Shown: one piece after another, positions 40,275-49,583 of the stretch | Position numbering within the stretch: the first letter of the stretch is position 1 | How the letters are laid out: the number at the start of each line of letters is the position of its first letter | Source: a virus | IMG/VR virus record: IMGVR_UViG_3300006033_000024 | Coordinates: 6,159-70,158 of that record | Direction: 5' to 3' (one strand) | DNA length: 64,000 nucleotides | The notes under the pieces: model-generated | Told to the model about the DNA's origin: nothing | Database searches by the model: none | What the model saw: only the letters and a program-made list of their open reading frames with translations | Made by a program: the position numbers and the translations under genes

Positions 40275-40961
40275 TCAAGAATTAACTTGACCTTGATCTA
40301 CAATTTCAACGATGCCCAACTCGATCAACTCATCAACCATTTGGATAATCAACGATTGTTCTCGTATTAGTTGAATATGTCCACATCCCAATTCATATAA
40401 TTCACCACTAAAATGACCACTCTTCATAAATAGTGTGGGTTCATCGCAACCGGGATAAAAACATAAACTAACATCGCCATATGGATACTTGGCATGTTCA
40501 CTATACATCCAAAACTTATTCGGGTTCCACGAAAACAACCTGTCGTTGATCAATGACCAGTCCTTAACGCGCAAGCCGCGGATAAAAAGGCTGGTATGAC
40601 GCCATGTTTTATGAGAAATGGATCCCGAAGGTTCTTCCCATTCTTTTTCGTATGTTACAAGCCCACGATGATTGGGATACATTTTCATCGTCTTCTCGGC
40701 GTAACGCATCGCGCCATAACGTTCTTTCCAGTTCCTCCATACTTTGCGTGACGCTAAGTACGAATCCCGGCGATCATCATACGCCTTAGAACGTATGCCG
40801 ATATTAGTTGTGATGCCTTGCCAATCGCCATAGTCGTCCGACGACCAATAGACCCCCACGGGATAGACATCATACTTTTTACATATAGCATCAATTTCGG
40901 CTTTCGCTAATTCGATATTGCGTAATTCTTGTTCGTTCGGCTTTACGTTTTTCTTTCGCAT
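40275..40961 (-). CDS. Hypothetical protein
   Basis: RBS AGGAGG directly after the palindrome site. Confidence 0.7.
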   Translation of the reverse strand: MRKKNVKPNEQELRNIELAKAEIDAICKKYDVYPVGVYWSSDDYGDWQGITTNIGIRSKAYDDRRDSYLASRKVWRNWKERYGAMRYAEKTMKMYPNHRGLVTYEKEWEEPSGSISHKTWRHTSLFIRGLRVKDWSLINDRLFSWNPNKFWMYSEHAKYPYGDVSLCFYPGCDEPTLFMKSGHFSGELYELGCGHIQLIREQSLIIQMVDELIELGIVEIVDQGQVNS

Positions 40962-40972
40962 GGCGACCTCCT

Positions 40973-40990
40973 ATAAAATATTGATTTTAT
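40973..40990. repeat. ATAAAA-N6-TTTTAT site (TATTGA)
   Basis: Downstream edge of metK. Confidence 0.88.
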
Positions 40991-40991
40991 G

Positions 40992-42146
40992 CTAAAACTC
41001 TAGGGTAATAAAGTCTGCGTATTCCTTAATGTCTTGCAGCTTGGGTAATTCTTCCCAAGTCCCTTTGTGACCACCGAAATGTCCGAAACAAGACGTTGTG
41101 GAATATCTGGGCAGTTTCAGTTGAAGTTCTTTAATGATATTGGCAACGCTAAAATCAAAGTGTGCGTTAATGATTTCCAACATCGCCTTTTCGCTTACGG
41201 TTGCATCGGTCGATCTGACGTGGACTGAAATGGGTTTTGCCATTCCAATGCCGTAACTTACTTGGATTTCACAAGACGATGCAAGTCCGGCAGCGACAAT
41301 GTGCTTTGCAACATAACGAGCGTAGTACGCACCGGAACGATCTACTTTAGAGGCGTCCTTGGAACTTAACGCTCCACCACCGATACGACCATGACCACCA
41401 TAGGTGTCAACAACGATTTTGCGACCCGTCGTGCCACTATCGCCAAAGGATCCACCGACCGTCCATTCGCCCGCCGGGTTAATAATATATTCGGTGTTAT
41501 CCAACCAACCCTGTTTAACGTTGGGGTTCCTTGTGAGTACGCAGTACGCGTCTTGTTTAATAATAGATTTCAACATGGAAAAATCTAGATTCCATTGTGA
41601 TAACGGTTTATGGCATACGGAAATCAACACCGTTTTAATCCCAACAATCCTTCCATTGAGATATTCGACCGTTACTTGTGTTTTACCATCTGGATTTAAA
41701 AATCCGTCGTTAAACAACACGCTATCACTAAGAGAAGACGCAATATCATGCGCCAGACTGATAGACAATGGCATATAGTCACGCGTTTCATTACACGCAT
41801 ATCCAAACACAATTCCTTGGTCGCCAGCTTTAATGTCATCTTCGTCGCTCGCAACTGCATGATTGATTTCCGGAGATTGTTGACCAACCTTAACGGCAAT
41901 TTCGTAGTCTTCGTCATATCCGATTAGCACCAAGGTTTCCCTTGCGATTTCGGCGTAATCAAGGTTGGCTTTTGTTTTGGCTTCGCCATAGATCAAAACG
42001 AAGTTATCCTTGATCGTACATTCGACCGCCATCTTAGAATCTTCATCTTGTTCTAACGCAGCATCTAAAATAGCGTCTGCAATTTGGTCACAAACCTTGT
42101 CCGGATGTCCACGAAATACACTTTCGCTTGTGAAGTAAGTTAACAT
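40992..42146 (-). CDS. metK: S-adenosylmethionine synthetase
   Basis: FTSESV..GHPDKVCDQIADAILD, GDQG, PDGKTQVT, GDSGTTGRKIVVDTYG, KD.SKVDRSGAY. Confidence 0.96.
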   Translation of the reverse strand: MLTYFTSESVFRGHPDKVCDQIADAILDAALEQDEDSKMAVECTIKDNFVLIYGEAKTKANLDYAEIARETLVLIGYDEDYEIAVKVGQQSPEINHAVASDEDDIKAGDQGIVFGYACNETRDYMPLSISLAHDIASSLSDSVLFNDGFLNPDGKTQVTVEYLNGRIVGIKTVLISVCHKPLSQWNLDFSMLKSIIKQDAYCVLTRNPNVKQGWLDNTEYIINPAGEWTVGGSFGDSGTTGRKIVVDTYGGHGRIGGGALSSKDASKVDRSGAYYARYVAKHIVAAGLASSCEIQVSYGIGMAKPISVHVRSTDATVSEKAMLEIINAHFDFSVANIIKELQLKLPRYSTTSCFGHFGGHKGTWEELPKLQDIKEYADFITLEF

Positions 42147-42157
42147 TGTTTTCTCCT

Positions 42158-42175
42158 ATAAAACGTTCATTTTAT
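42158..42175. repeat. ATAAAA-N6-TTTTAT site (CGTTCA)
   Basis: Upstream edge of metK, followed by its RBS. Confidence 0.88.
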
Positions 42176-42177
42176 TC

Positions 42178-43437
42178 TTAATCATCATCTTCGTCCACCA
42201 CAACGTCTTCCCAGAATGTTTCATCGTCTAGATATTTGTCTATGTTGGCAAACACCTTCGCTCTGATCTTACCAAAATAACTAGGATGGAAATCTTCGTT
42301 GTTCATCAGCTTCAAAAACTCTGCCTGCTTTTGTTTTGATATTCTCCCCTTGACACTACGATACCACATCAGAAGTTTGCGATACGGACTATTAAAGAAA
42401 ACCTTAAACGCATCATCTTCATCTGAACGTTTTTCGGATTCATCAACGACGCGACTAAACCAATCCCACTTTTGTGCTTTCGCAATAATGAAGGATTCAA
42501 TTTCTGTTCCGACGTGAACTTGTACATCTTCAAAATTATCGCTAACCAAAGCAGCTAACGCTCCAACCCCAGAAAGTTCTCGGTCAACACCTTTGGTAAC
42601 AACAATCGCACTATCGGTCAAATCGTTTTCTTCGTAGTACATTTCCTTAAACTCATTCAAGAATGTTTCACTTGCTTCGTTTAGAACGTCGAGGATGTCT
42701 TTTGCGTCCGTGTAAGTATCGGAAATCGCCTTAAAGATTTTGGGGTGACAGTTTTCAACAGTAATCAAGGATGCCGCAGTCAGTCTACGCAAATCCCAAT
42801 AGTTGATTGCCTTACGGTCACGGTCAAGCGTGACCACTTCGGGATTAAAGTTGTATCCATATCTAAAGCTGCTATCCGTCTGAACATACAACCCCTTGAC
42901 GAAGATCCGTCCTTCGAATTGTTTATCCAATAGGATGTCGCCATATTCGGTCTGCACGGTTTCACCAAAGTTGTTTTCGATACATGGGAAAAGTTTGCGT
43001 AGATCATCATATACAAACTTACTTAGATTACTGATGGCAAACGTAACCCCACCAGTGGGATCCGAACATTCATCCACTGAAATCTTCAATATAGGCGTAC
43101 CGAACAATTCTGATTTGTCGAAGAATGGCGTCCATACTTCGTCATCGTTATATATGGTCACACCGTAACCATTACGCAACAAAACCAACAAGGCTAATTT
43201 ATATCCTTCGCCGTACTGACCAATCTGTGCCTTGTCGTTGCCCTTTGTAGTATTGCCTAAGACTAACGTTGCAACATCAAGTTTAACGTCGGGAGAATAG
43301 ATTGAAAGTGTATTATCCTCATAGTTTACTTCCATGTTGCCTTGGTCGATAGCGTTCTGCAATAATTCGCGGATTGCATCAGATACACTCCAATTGCCAA
43401 CATAATTCGGCGAAATACTCAAATCAAATATTTTCAT
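42178..43437 (-). CDS. GHKL (HATPase-like) ATPase
   Basis: AIRELLQNAID N-box; IGQYGEGYKLA G-box. Confidence 0.8.
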   Translation of the reverse strand: MKIFDLSISPNYVGNWSVSDAIRELLQNAIDQGNMEVNYEDNTLSIYSPDVKLDVATLVLGNTTKGNDKAQIGQYGEGYKLALLVLLRNGYGVTIYNDDEVWTPFFDKSELFGTPILKISVDECSDPTGGVTFAISNLSKFVYDDLRKLFPCIENNFGETVQTEYGDILLDKQFEGRIFVKGLYVQTDSSFRYGYNFNPEVVTLDRDRKAINYWDLRRLTAASLITVENCHPKIFKAISDTYTDAKDILDVLNEASETFLNEFKEMYYEENDLTDSAIVVTKGVDRELSGVGALAALVSDNFEDVQVHVGTEIESFIIAKAQKWDWFSRVVDESEKRSDEDDAFKVFFNSPYRKLLMWYRSVKGRISKQKQAEFLKLMNNEDFHPSYFGKIRAKVFANIDKYLDDETFWEDVVVDEDDD

Positions 43438-43672
43438 TCTTAAGTTCCTCCATCCGTTCCTTTAATCCATCAACCACCCAATAATTTTGAACCGGCATTA
43501 AATCATCAACATCTGTAGCAGCCGAAGTATCACCCGGACTATAATACACAAAGGCGGTGTCCGGGTAAACACCAAAACGCTTAAAAACGCCAATCTCTAT
43601 CTTGCGTACCTTCCCATCTTTTACCGGAACATATGCAACCAAGTCACCCGGCTTAAAATCGTATTTACTCAT
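43424..43672 (-). CDS. Hypothetical protein (start MSKYDFKPG)
   Basis: RBS GGGGTG before the ATG at 43672; the longer ORF call overlaps the HAD gene. Confidence 0.55.
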   Translation of the reverse strand: MSKYDFKPGDLVAYVPVKDGKVRKIEIGVFKRFGVYPDTAFVYYSPGDTSAATDVDDLMPVQNYWVVDGLKERMEELKNENI

Positions 43673-43673
43673 A

Positions 43674-44072
43674 TCAACACCCCGTTCCCCAGAACACGCC
43701 AATGGCGCGATCATCAATATATAAATCTGCACCGACCTTGCGTGGATCCGTACCCCATTTTTCAACCCTATCGGGAATATTCGCATTAACGGCATCAAAG
43801 GTCAACCCTTGCTCTTTACACCATGCTACGGCATTAGCAAGTAGTTCGTCCTCTCGACACGTCCATAAGATCAGTTGATGCCCGTCGGCGATTTGTTGTT
43901 TGAGAAATGCAATCAACCATACATTCGGTTTGCCGATGTCCGGCCATTTATTGACACACAACGTTCCGTCGAAGTCAACGGCGATAACTTGTTTATTGAT
44001 AGATATACCCCCTATTTTACATACTCTCGTAAAACACCGAAAAAGTAACCCAAACCCATTTTTATAATCCAA
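43674..44072 (-). CDS. HAD-superfamily phosphatase (start uncertain)
   Basis: IAVDFDGTL, LWTCR, RK..ADLYIDDRA. Confidence 0.85.
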   Translation of the reverse strand: MDYKNGFGLLFRCFTRVCKIGGISINKQVIAVDFDGTLCVNKWPDIGKPNVWLIAFLKQQIADGHQLILWTCREDELLANAVAWCKEQGLTFDAVNANIPDRVEKWGTDPRKVGADLYIDDRAIGVFWGTGC

Positions 44073-44217
44073 GCTGCGATATTTTCATCGTCGCCTTTTA
44101 TGCGTTTTTATCGCAAAATAAGGTCGTATCGGTAGAAAATATCGGATATTATCGGTGTTTCGGTCAATGGTGTACCAAAAACCACCCAGAATAGACCCAA
44201 AACTGTCATATTTAGAC

Positions 44218-44235
44218 ATAAAAGAATAGTTTTAT
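44218..44235. repeat. ATAAAA-N6-TTTTAT site (GAATAG)
   Basis: Intergenic, next to the putative RNA. Confidence 0.85.
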
Positions 44236-44252
44236 GTAAACTAACAAAACAC

Positions 44253-44368
44253 GGTGGGGTGTGCAGTTTCAATCACACGTCCTGCGTACTATGGCATATC
44301 CCGAAGGCAACCATGCGTTCCGGCAGAGATTATTGTCTTAACCGACTCTTATTGCTCGTCTACCCACC
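44253..44368 (-). ncRNA. Putative structured (tRNA-like multi-arm) RNA
   Basis: Closing stem GGTGGG/CCCACC with four internal hairpins, folded by eye; no ORF here. Confidence 0.35.
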
Positions 44369-44373
44369 TAAGT

Positions 44374-45282
44374 TTACACCGTTACCGATTCTGATTTAAC
44401 TAACGCAAACATATCATCAATACTATCCATAATCTTCATCCGGTGCATGTTGGTAGAACTTTGTGCGAACTCACCCATCACGGTATCAATGTACATCGTA
44501 TGTTGCCCATCCGAACCCATGAAGAACTCTGCCCATTGTTCGTCTGTCAAGAACCGATGTGGATCTAATTGCTTAATGGCTAAGTTGTCAAAGCTGAATA
44601 CGGGGAAATGCCCGACGTATTCCCAAAGGTTGTCATGCAACCATTGTTTGTTGGCTTCAATCGCTTTACCCATAACGTCGTAAAGCTGTACGCCACGACG
44701 AAGATACTTATATCCTAAGACCAATACCTTGAACGGGAACTTCGACAAGTAATCAAAAACTTCCTTGCCATGGATCCCATTGATCAGATGAACAACGGCG
44801 TTCTTGTTTTGCGATACCATTTCCCAAAATGAATCATTCGTATGATGATAGGAAACGCCAACACCATGAACCAACTTACGGTCAATCAACGTATTCACAA
44901 AGTGCAAGTTATTTTCGTATTCCACTTGGTTTACCGTAATGTTGGCTACAATGCCACGCGCCTCCAACTTGCAAAGGAACTCAACCAGATCGGGATGACT
45001 TGTAACCATGCCACCACCGATCGCCAATTCTGTCCCCGGACGCAAGGTATCAATAAACTTCAAATCCATGATGTTGCCATGTATGCCATCCAACCCACTG
45101 CCCTCGTGACACATTGTGCATCCCACGTTACAGTAGTTGGTAATTTTGATGTCAATATTCTCTGGGAACTTGGCATCAAAGAAATCAAGATCGTTCTCGC
45201 GAACTTTTGTCCCGTCGTCAAAAAGTGTGACGGCGTAGTTTCCGTTTTGATACTGATATAATTGTTTAATTTCGTTTTCCAT
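44374..45282 (-). CDS. Radical SAM protein
   Basis: ITNYCNVGCTMCH (CX3CX2C), AIGGG, NITVN. Confidence 0.88.
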   Translation of the reverse strand: MENEIKQLYQYQNGNYAVTLFDDGTKVRENDLDFFDAKFPENIDIKITNYCNVGCTMCHEGSGLDGIHGNIMDLKFIDTLRPGTELAIGGGMVTSHPDLVEFLCKLEARGIVANITVNQVEYENNLHFVNTLIDRKLVHGVGVSYHHTNDSFWEMVSQNKNAVVHLINGIHGKEVFDYLSKFPFKVLVLGYKYLRRGVQLYDVMGKAIEANKQWLHDNLWEYVGHFPVFSFDNLAIKQLDPHRFLTDEQWAEFFMGSDGQHTMYIDTVMGEFAQSSTNMHRMKIMDSIDDMFALVKSESVTV

Positions 45283-45304
45283 GTCAAGTTCCCCTTTTAT
45301 TTAT

Positions 45305-45589
45305 TTATCCGTCATATCCATAATAACCGATTACCACCATTTCGTCCCCAGACGGCGTAGTGAATTTTTGCGAATAAGTTTCGTAACAATCGCCAAATTC
45401 TGTCCAAGTCCAAAAACGATATTCGTCTGTATCTGCGCTTTTATTTTTGGCGTCAACCAACTCGCCCCCATATCGATCAAAGATAAGTTTGTTGCCTTTA
45501 TAATCTTCAAATTGTTGTTTTGTAAGAATGGTCAAGCTGTGTGTGCTGCTACTGTTGGTTTCAAATACACCACGTCGAATTTGTTTCAT
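45305..45589 (-). CDS. Protein with N-terminal RxxVFETNSSSxHS motif
   Basis: MKQIRRGVFETNSSSTHSL; RBS AGGA. Confidence 0.75.
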   Translation of the reverse strand: MKQIRRGVFETNSSSTHSLTILTKQQFEDYKGNKLIFDRYGGELVDAKNKSADTDEYRFWTWTEFGDCYETYSQKFTTPSGDEMVVIGYYGYDG

Positions 45590-45600
45590 ATTTTCTATCC

Positions 45601-46125
45601 TTAATTTCCTTTAACGTAAACATAATAATTCGGATCATTTTCATGTAAAGATTCCGGTCTATCGCAATCTTCATTGTCATTACCGGTCTCAATAATGCTA
45701 TCAATGTCAAACAAGAAGTTGCACAATAGGTTTCGATCATTCAGAACGGTTTCGACAAAATCATCTAGTTCGCCACCATGATCCACACTACCGAACGAGA
45801 ACCACCCACGTTCACCATCGCCCCATGTGCGATATTCAAACGTAGGCGTATCGTGTTTGACGTCCCAAGAATCCAGCGCGTCAAACAGAAGTTTAACATT
45901 GCGATTCAAAGTTTCTTGGTCTTTCGCCGAACAAGCAATCCCAGACATCAAATAGTTGGCCTTTGAATTGGTGTCTCTATATGTTTCAACTTCCCAACCA
46001 AACTCGCAATCATTATCAAACTTAATCTGTTTGGGGATTGAATACCGATCTACACTCTTAATAATGGAAATACTATGGACACTACTACTATTCGTTTCAA
46101 ATACCGATCTACGAACTTGTTTCAT
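45601..46125 (-). CDS. Protein with N-terminal RxxVFETNSSSxHS motif
   Basis: MKQVRRSVFETNSSSVHSI; C-terminal ETGNDN. Confidence 0.75.
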   Translation of the reverse strand: MKQVRRSVFETNSSSVHSISIIKSVDRYSIPKQIKFDNDCEFGWEVETYRDTNSKANYLMSGIACSAKDQETLNRNVKLLFDALDSWDVKHDTPTFEYRTWGDGERGWFSFGSVDHGGELDDFVETVLNDRNLLCNFLFDIDSIIETGNDNEDCDRPESLHENDPNYYVYVKGN

Positions 46126-46232
46126 TTTCTATTTTACCTTCCGTATCCGATTTATTTGTAAGCAAGCCATGAGAACGACCCCGATAGATGCACCAAGGAA
46201 TAGTCCTACAACCGCTCCAACTAAGAAATTTA

Positions 46233-46682
46233 TCATTGTGGAATCAACTCCTTGTTGTCAAAAATGTCGCCAATAATATCAAAATCAGTCAAGTCCAACC
46301 AACCAAACGGAGCGATGGTAACTAGGCGACCCTCGCTATTATATTCCTTACATCGGACATGATAGCCACCAGTGTACGCATCAACAGATAACACGCCCAC
46401 ATTTCCATTCTGATTATTGATATAGATGTCGCCATCATATGCTTCAACGCCCTTCATATCGCTAATACCCAAATACATACATACTGTTTCGGGAACGACA
46501 CGGATAATGTCAACGTGCGAAATAATAGGATCACCAACTTGTGTGACATAAACATTATCGTTAAAATAATCTTTTACCAATCCGTCACTATAAACCCACG
46601 TCCCTTTAGGGATATTTGTACTCGTACCCGGTATAATGTGATCCGCGAACCGTTTACCTCTAAATTTGAACACTTGTTTCAT
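46233..46682 (-). CDS. YopX-family protein
   Basis: KFRGK, VVPETVCMYLG..D..G.EAYDGDI, IIGDIFDNKEL; RBS AGGAGG before the ATG at 46682. Confidence 0.8.
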   Translation of the reverse strand: MKQVFKFRGKRFADHIIPGTSTNIPKGTWVYSDGLVKDYFNDNVYVTQVGDPIISHVDIIRVVPETVCMYLGISDMKGVEAYDGDIYINNQNGNVGVLSVDAYTGGYHVRCKEYNSEGRLVTIAPFGWLDLTDFDIIGDIFDNKELIPQ

Positions 46683-46968
46683 CGTCCACCTCCTGTGGTT
46701 TCGTAATTCCACCACCACACCATCCGTTATGTTCTAAAAACGCACAAAATGCTTCCACAAACTCGATCGGTTCACAATCCACTTCAACATTCCAATCCAG
46801 TTGAAGATCATTGCGATTCTCTGCTAATGGTTTGGGCACTTGTGATTTGAGGACTTCGGTGATTTCCACCTCTTCTTGGTAAAGCCCTCCCAATTCGTGA
46901 TCAGAAAATCTCTTTCGCTCTTGATAATCAATTAGCTGCTCAATCGTGTAATATCTCTTAAGTTTCAT
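46660..46968 (-). CDS. Hypothetical protein
   Basis: 102-aa ORF in operon context. Confidence 0.55.
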   Translation of the reverse strand: MKLKRYYTIEQLIDYQERKRFSDHELGGLYQEEVEITEVLKSQVPKPLAENRNDLQLDWNVEVDCEPIEFVEAFCAFLEHNGWCGGGITKPQEVDDETSVQI

Positions 46969-46990
46969 TTTATCACTCGCGTGAGGGCAT

Positions 46991-47008
46991 ATAAAAAATC
47001 CATTTTAT
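46991..47008. repeat. ATAAAA-N6-TTTTAT site (AATCCA)
   Basis: At a stop codon / gene junction. Confidence 0.85.
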
Positions 47009-47715
47009 TATACCTTGAGCGACACCGGATTATTATGGTTTCGCTTACTCTCCTTTTCGTTCAGATAATCAACATGTTTCTGTGCTTCTTCTGTGGTTGT
47101 ATATAGCGAAGTGTAAGTATCACAATTTTGTGGATCAAATAATTCCTTTGGTGAAGTCCCCTTCCTAAATTCTATATCGTATAATTCGCCATAAAGACGA
47201 TTGTTCGACCAACGGAAATCATACACAAACGGATTACCGTCTTTGTTGGTTTTAATGGCAAATCTAGCAAGGTTCGCTTCAACAACGACATATTCAGTAA
47301 CCCATTTATTACAATCGCACGTCGTCTTGACCTTGGCGCCGGACGGCAACGTAACTTCCACTTGGCGTTTGTCATCACAATAGCCACACTTAGGGAACGC
47401 AACCTGTCTGCTTCCAACACCCCACGCAACGTAGTAGGTATCCTTAAACATATCTTCCAGCTTGATTTTCTTGAAATCCCGTTCCAATTCCTGTTTCTTC
47501 TTTTCAACTTCGGATTCAACGGTTTGGATTTTGCTTTTCAACTTATAGTTTTCTTTTTCGGTTTCTTCAAGTTTTTTTGCTAATAAATCGTAATCATCAA
47601 GTTTTACCTTGATATTTTCCGAAATATCCCCACGGATCGAATCAATCAACTCTTGAACCTTATCCGAATAACTATCGGATTCTCTTGGTTCGTAATACTC
47701 GTATTCTTCAAACAT
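47008..47715 (-). CDS. Coiled-coil plus Zn-finger hypothetical protein
   Basis: CGYC..CDC; RBS GGAGGA. Confidence 0.65.
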   Translation of the reverse strand: MFEEYEYYEPRESDSYSDKVQELIDSIRGDISENIKVKLDDYDLLAKKLEETEKENYKLKSKIQTVESEVEKKKQELERDFKKIKLEDMFKDTYYVAWGVGSRQVAFPKCGYCDDKRQVEVTLPSGAKVKTTCDCNKWVTEYVVVEANLARFAIKTNKDGNPFVYDFRWSNNRLYGELYDIEFRKGTSPKELFDPQNCDTYTSLYTTTEEAQKHVDYLNEKESKRNHNNPVSLKV

Positions 47716-47717
47716 AG

Positions 47718-48089
47718 TTAATCCTCCTTTGTTGTCAAACCTCTAATAAACTTGATTTCGTTAATTAACGCCATGTATTTATCGTATTCGCTTTTGGTTA
47801 CTGTGAACCAGCTGCGACCTTTGATGAATCGTTCTTCCGATGGCACCTTAAAGACCAATACACCATCCAAACTAGCAGGATAACCAAACCCTTTTATATC
47901 TAGGATTGACGTGCTGGATTCGCCGAATTCATACGAGGTTTTAATATCATTAATCAAATATCCTTCGGCAAATATTCCGTAGATGGGTTCTGGTTGATCT
48001 TCATACTTTTTAGCAAGAAGAGAAACCCCCTTCATAAATTCACTTGGATCTACTTTGGTAGTTGCTAAATTAACTTTTTCTTTTGTCAT
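47718..48089 (-). CDS. Hypothetical protein
   Basis: 123-aa ORF in operon context. Confidence 0.6.
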   Translation of the reverse strand: MTKEKVNLATTKVDPSEFMKGVSLLAKKYEDQPEPIYGIFAEGYLINDIKTSYEFGESSTSILDIKGFGYPASLDGVLVFKVPSEERFIKGRSWFTVTKSEYDKYMALINEIKFIRGLTTKED

Positions 48090-48309
48090 GTTTTAAGTCC
48101 GCCAATTTCTCAATCATATTTTCGCAATACGCATACGGAATTTCTTCCACGTTGTAAACTTCCATATCATCATCCACCTCACGGATTGTGACCATAGGGA
48201 ATAACGACATCACACGGTTAAACTCAAGCGTGTCACCGTCGATCCAATCCACTTCCGTACCCGGTGTAATCTTCTTCACCGAAACAACTTGCCCAACTTT
48301 ATATTTCAT
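48070..48309 (-). CDS. Hypothetical SH3-like protein (start MKYKVGQVV)
   Basis: RBS GAGGGG after the palindrome site. Confidence 0.6.
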   Translation of the reverse strand: MKYKVGQVVSVKKITPGTEVDWIDGDTLEFNRVMSLFPMVTIREVDDDMEVYNVEEIPYAYCENMIEKLADLKHDKRKS

Positions 48310-48323
48310 AATACCCCTCTCGC

Positions 48324-48341
48324 ATAAAAGAACCGTTTTAT
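48324..48341. repeat. ATAAAA-N6-TTTTAT site (GAACCG)
   Basis: Between a promoter and an RBS. Confidence 0.85.
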
Positions 48342-48352
48342 TCTTCCTGCAC

Positions 48353-48381
48353 ATTATAACATAAAAACCCGTTTATTGCAA
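48353..48381 (-). promoter_or_regulatory. SigA-type promoter
   Basis: TTGCAA-17 bp-TATAAT, extended -10. Confidence 0.65.
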
Positions 48382-48636
48382 CGGGTCAATTTTCTGCGCT
48401 CGCGGACTAACGATGGTCGCTGCGAACAGCTCAAACCCATTTTCAAATCTATCACGAGTCACTTCGTATTTTAATCCTGTAGACGGATCTGTTAAGATAA
48501 CCAAATCTTGTTCGTGACGCAAACGAATATCAATTGAATCAACGCGTAGCATCGTTCCAGACTTAATTACAGACCTCTGGGCGAAGATTACGCCGTTTGC
48601 AGTATAAATATACCCCTCTTTAATTTCGCGTGTCAT
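48373..48636 (-). CDS. Hypothetical protein
   Basis: 87-aa ORF. Confidence 0.5.
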   Translation of the reverse strand: MTREIKEGYIYTANGVIFAQRSVIKSGTMLRVDSIDIRLRHEQDLVILTDPSTGLKYEVTRDRFENGFELFAATIVSPRAQKIDPLQ

Positions 48637-48642
48637 AGATTA

Positions 48643-48963
48643 CTATTTAAGTCCCGGAATTGTAGTGTAAGGTGACAACAACTCTTCGACTTCTTCTTTG
48701 GTAAGCGTGGGTTCGACACAATCTGGATAATCAGTTGTGGTCGTAGGCTTAACCGGTTCGGTATGATCAGAAACAGTAACGGGATACACTTTATACGGAT
48801 TATATGACGTTCCCCACGGATCATTCGGTAAGTCTGGCACCGTCCAAAGTGGCATATTGCGGATATAGGATTCTAGTTCGTCCACCTTTTGACGTAAATG
48901 CTCGCGGTCAATAATCAGTCGGTTGTATTCCTCTAAGGGAATAGTGATAATAATTTCTTTCAT
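48643..48963 (-). CDS. Hypothetical protein (start MKEIII)
   Basis: RBS AAGGAG before the ATG at 48963. Confidence 0.55.
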   Translation of the reverse strand: MKEIIITIPLEEYNRLIIDREHLRQKVDELESYIRNMPLWTVPDLPNDPWGTSYNPYKVYPVTVSDHTEPVKPTTTTDYPDCVEPTLTKEEVEELLSPYTTIPGLK

Positions 48964-48973
48964 TTTTGCTCCT

Positions 48974-49309
48974 TTAATATCCTTCGGATAGTTCCAACAC
49001 ATATTTTGAATTAACTTCCGGATCATTATACAAACCATATTGCATAATCATACCGTCGGTTATAATCCTGCTATCTTCCCACATACTCAAATAACCTCTT
49101 TGAACTTTAAGGTAATTGATATTGCTTTCCAAACTTTGAATCAAATCATCCCCAGTGCGTTTTGACGCTTCGGATTTAAGACGTTTCTCGATGTCGTCAA
49201 TTAGGATCTCATATTGCCTAATCTCTCTCTTTGACACAAGGTTGCGATAAACAATCGATTCTTTGATATTGAGGGCCAAGACCTTACTGTTATGTTCTTC
49301 GACGTTCAT
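48974..49309 (-). CDS. Hypothetical protein
   Basis: RBS AAGGAGG after the palindrome site. Confidence 0.6.
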   Translation of the reverse strand: MNVEEHNSKVLALNIKESIVYRNLVSKREIRQYEILIDDIEKRLKSEASKRTGDDLIQSLESNINYLKVQRGYLSMWEDSRIITDGMIMQYGLYNDPEVNSKYVLELSEGY

Positions 49310-49325
49310 CCAATTTCCTCCTTAG

Positions 49326-49343
49326 ATAAAATTCTAATTTTAT
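49326..49343. repeat. ATAAAA-N6-TTTTAT site (TTCTAA)
   Basis: Intergenic. Confidence 0.85.
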
Positions 49344-49353
49344 TTTCCATGTA

Positions 49354-49578
49354 TTATTTTCCCTCTGTATAGATAATGATGGTTTCGATCCAATGGTTCT
49401 TGTGACCAGACAAGCCCGACATTACCGGATTATCTATGTTCTTACGTTCCAAAGATACGACTTCAATATCTGGATGCTTTTCAAACCAAGCGTTAATCGC
49501 TTCTTCGGTAGCGTCGATCATAATTTTTAACTTATATTTCATTTCGCCTCGTGCGTACACTTTACATTTTGTACGCAT
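49354..49578 (-). CDS. Hypothetical protein (real start probably MKYKLK)
   Basis: RBS GAGG; IN.W..HPDIEVV pattern. Confidence 0.5.
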   Translation of the reverse strand: MRTKCKVYARGEMKYKLKIMIDATEEAINAWFEKHPDIEVVSLERKNIDNPVMSGLSGHKNHWIETIIIYTEGK

Positions 49579-49583
49579 AAATC

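Noticed and set aside
44253-44368. Canonical tRNA gene
   Set aside because: 6-nt anticodon-like loop, no TTC T-loop, oversized extra arm and no CCA; kept only as a putative structured RNA.
48361-48378. Additional ATAAAA-N6-TTTTAT copy
   Set aside because: The right half-site is off register (ACCCGT-TTATTG) and it lies within a promoter spacer; not counted.
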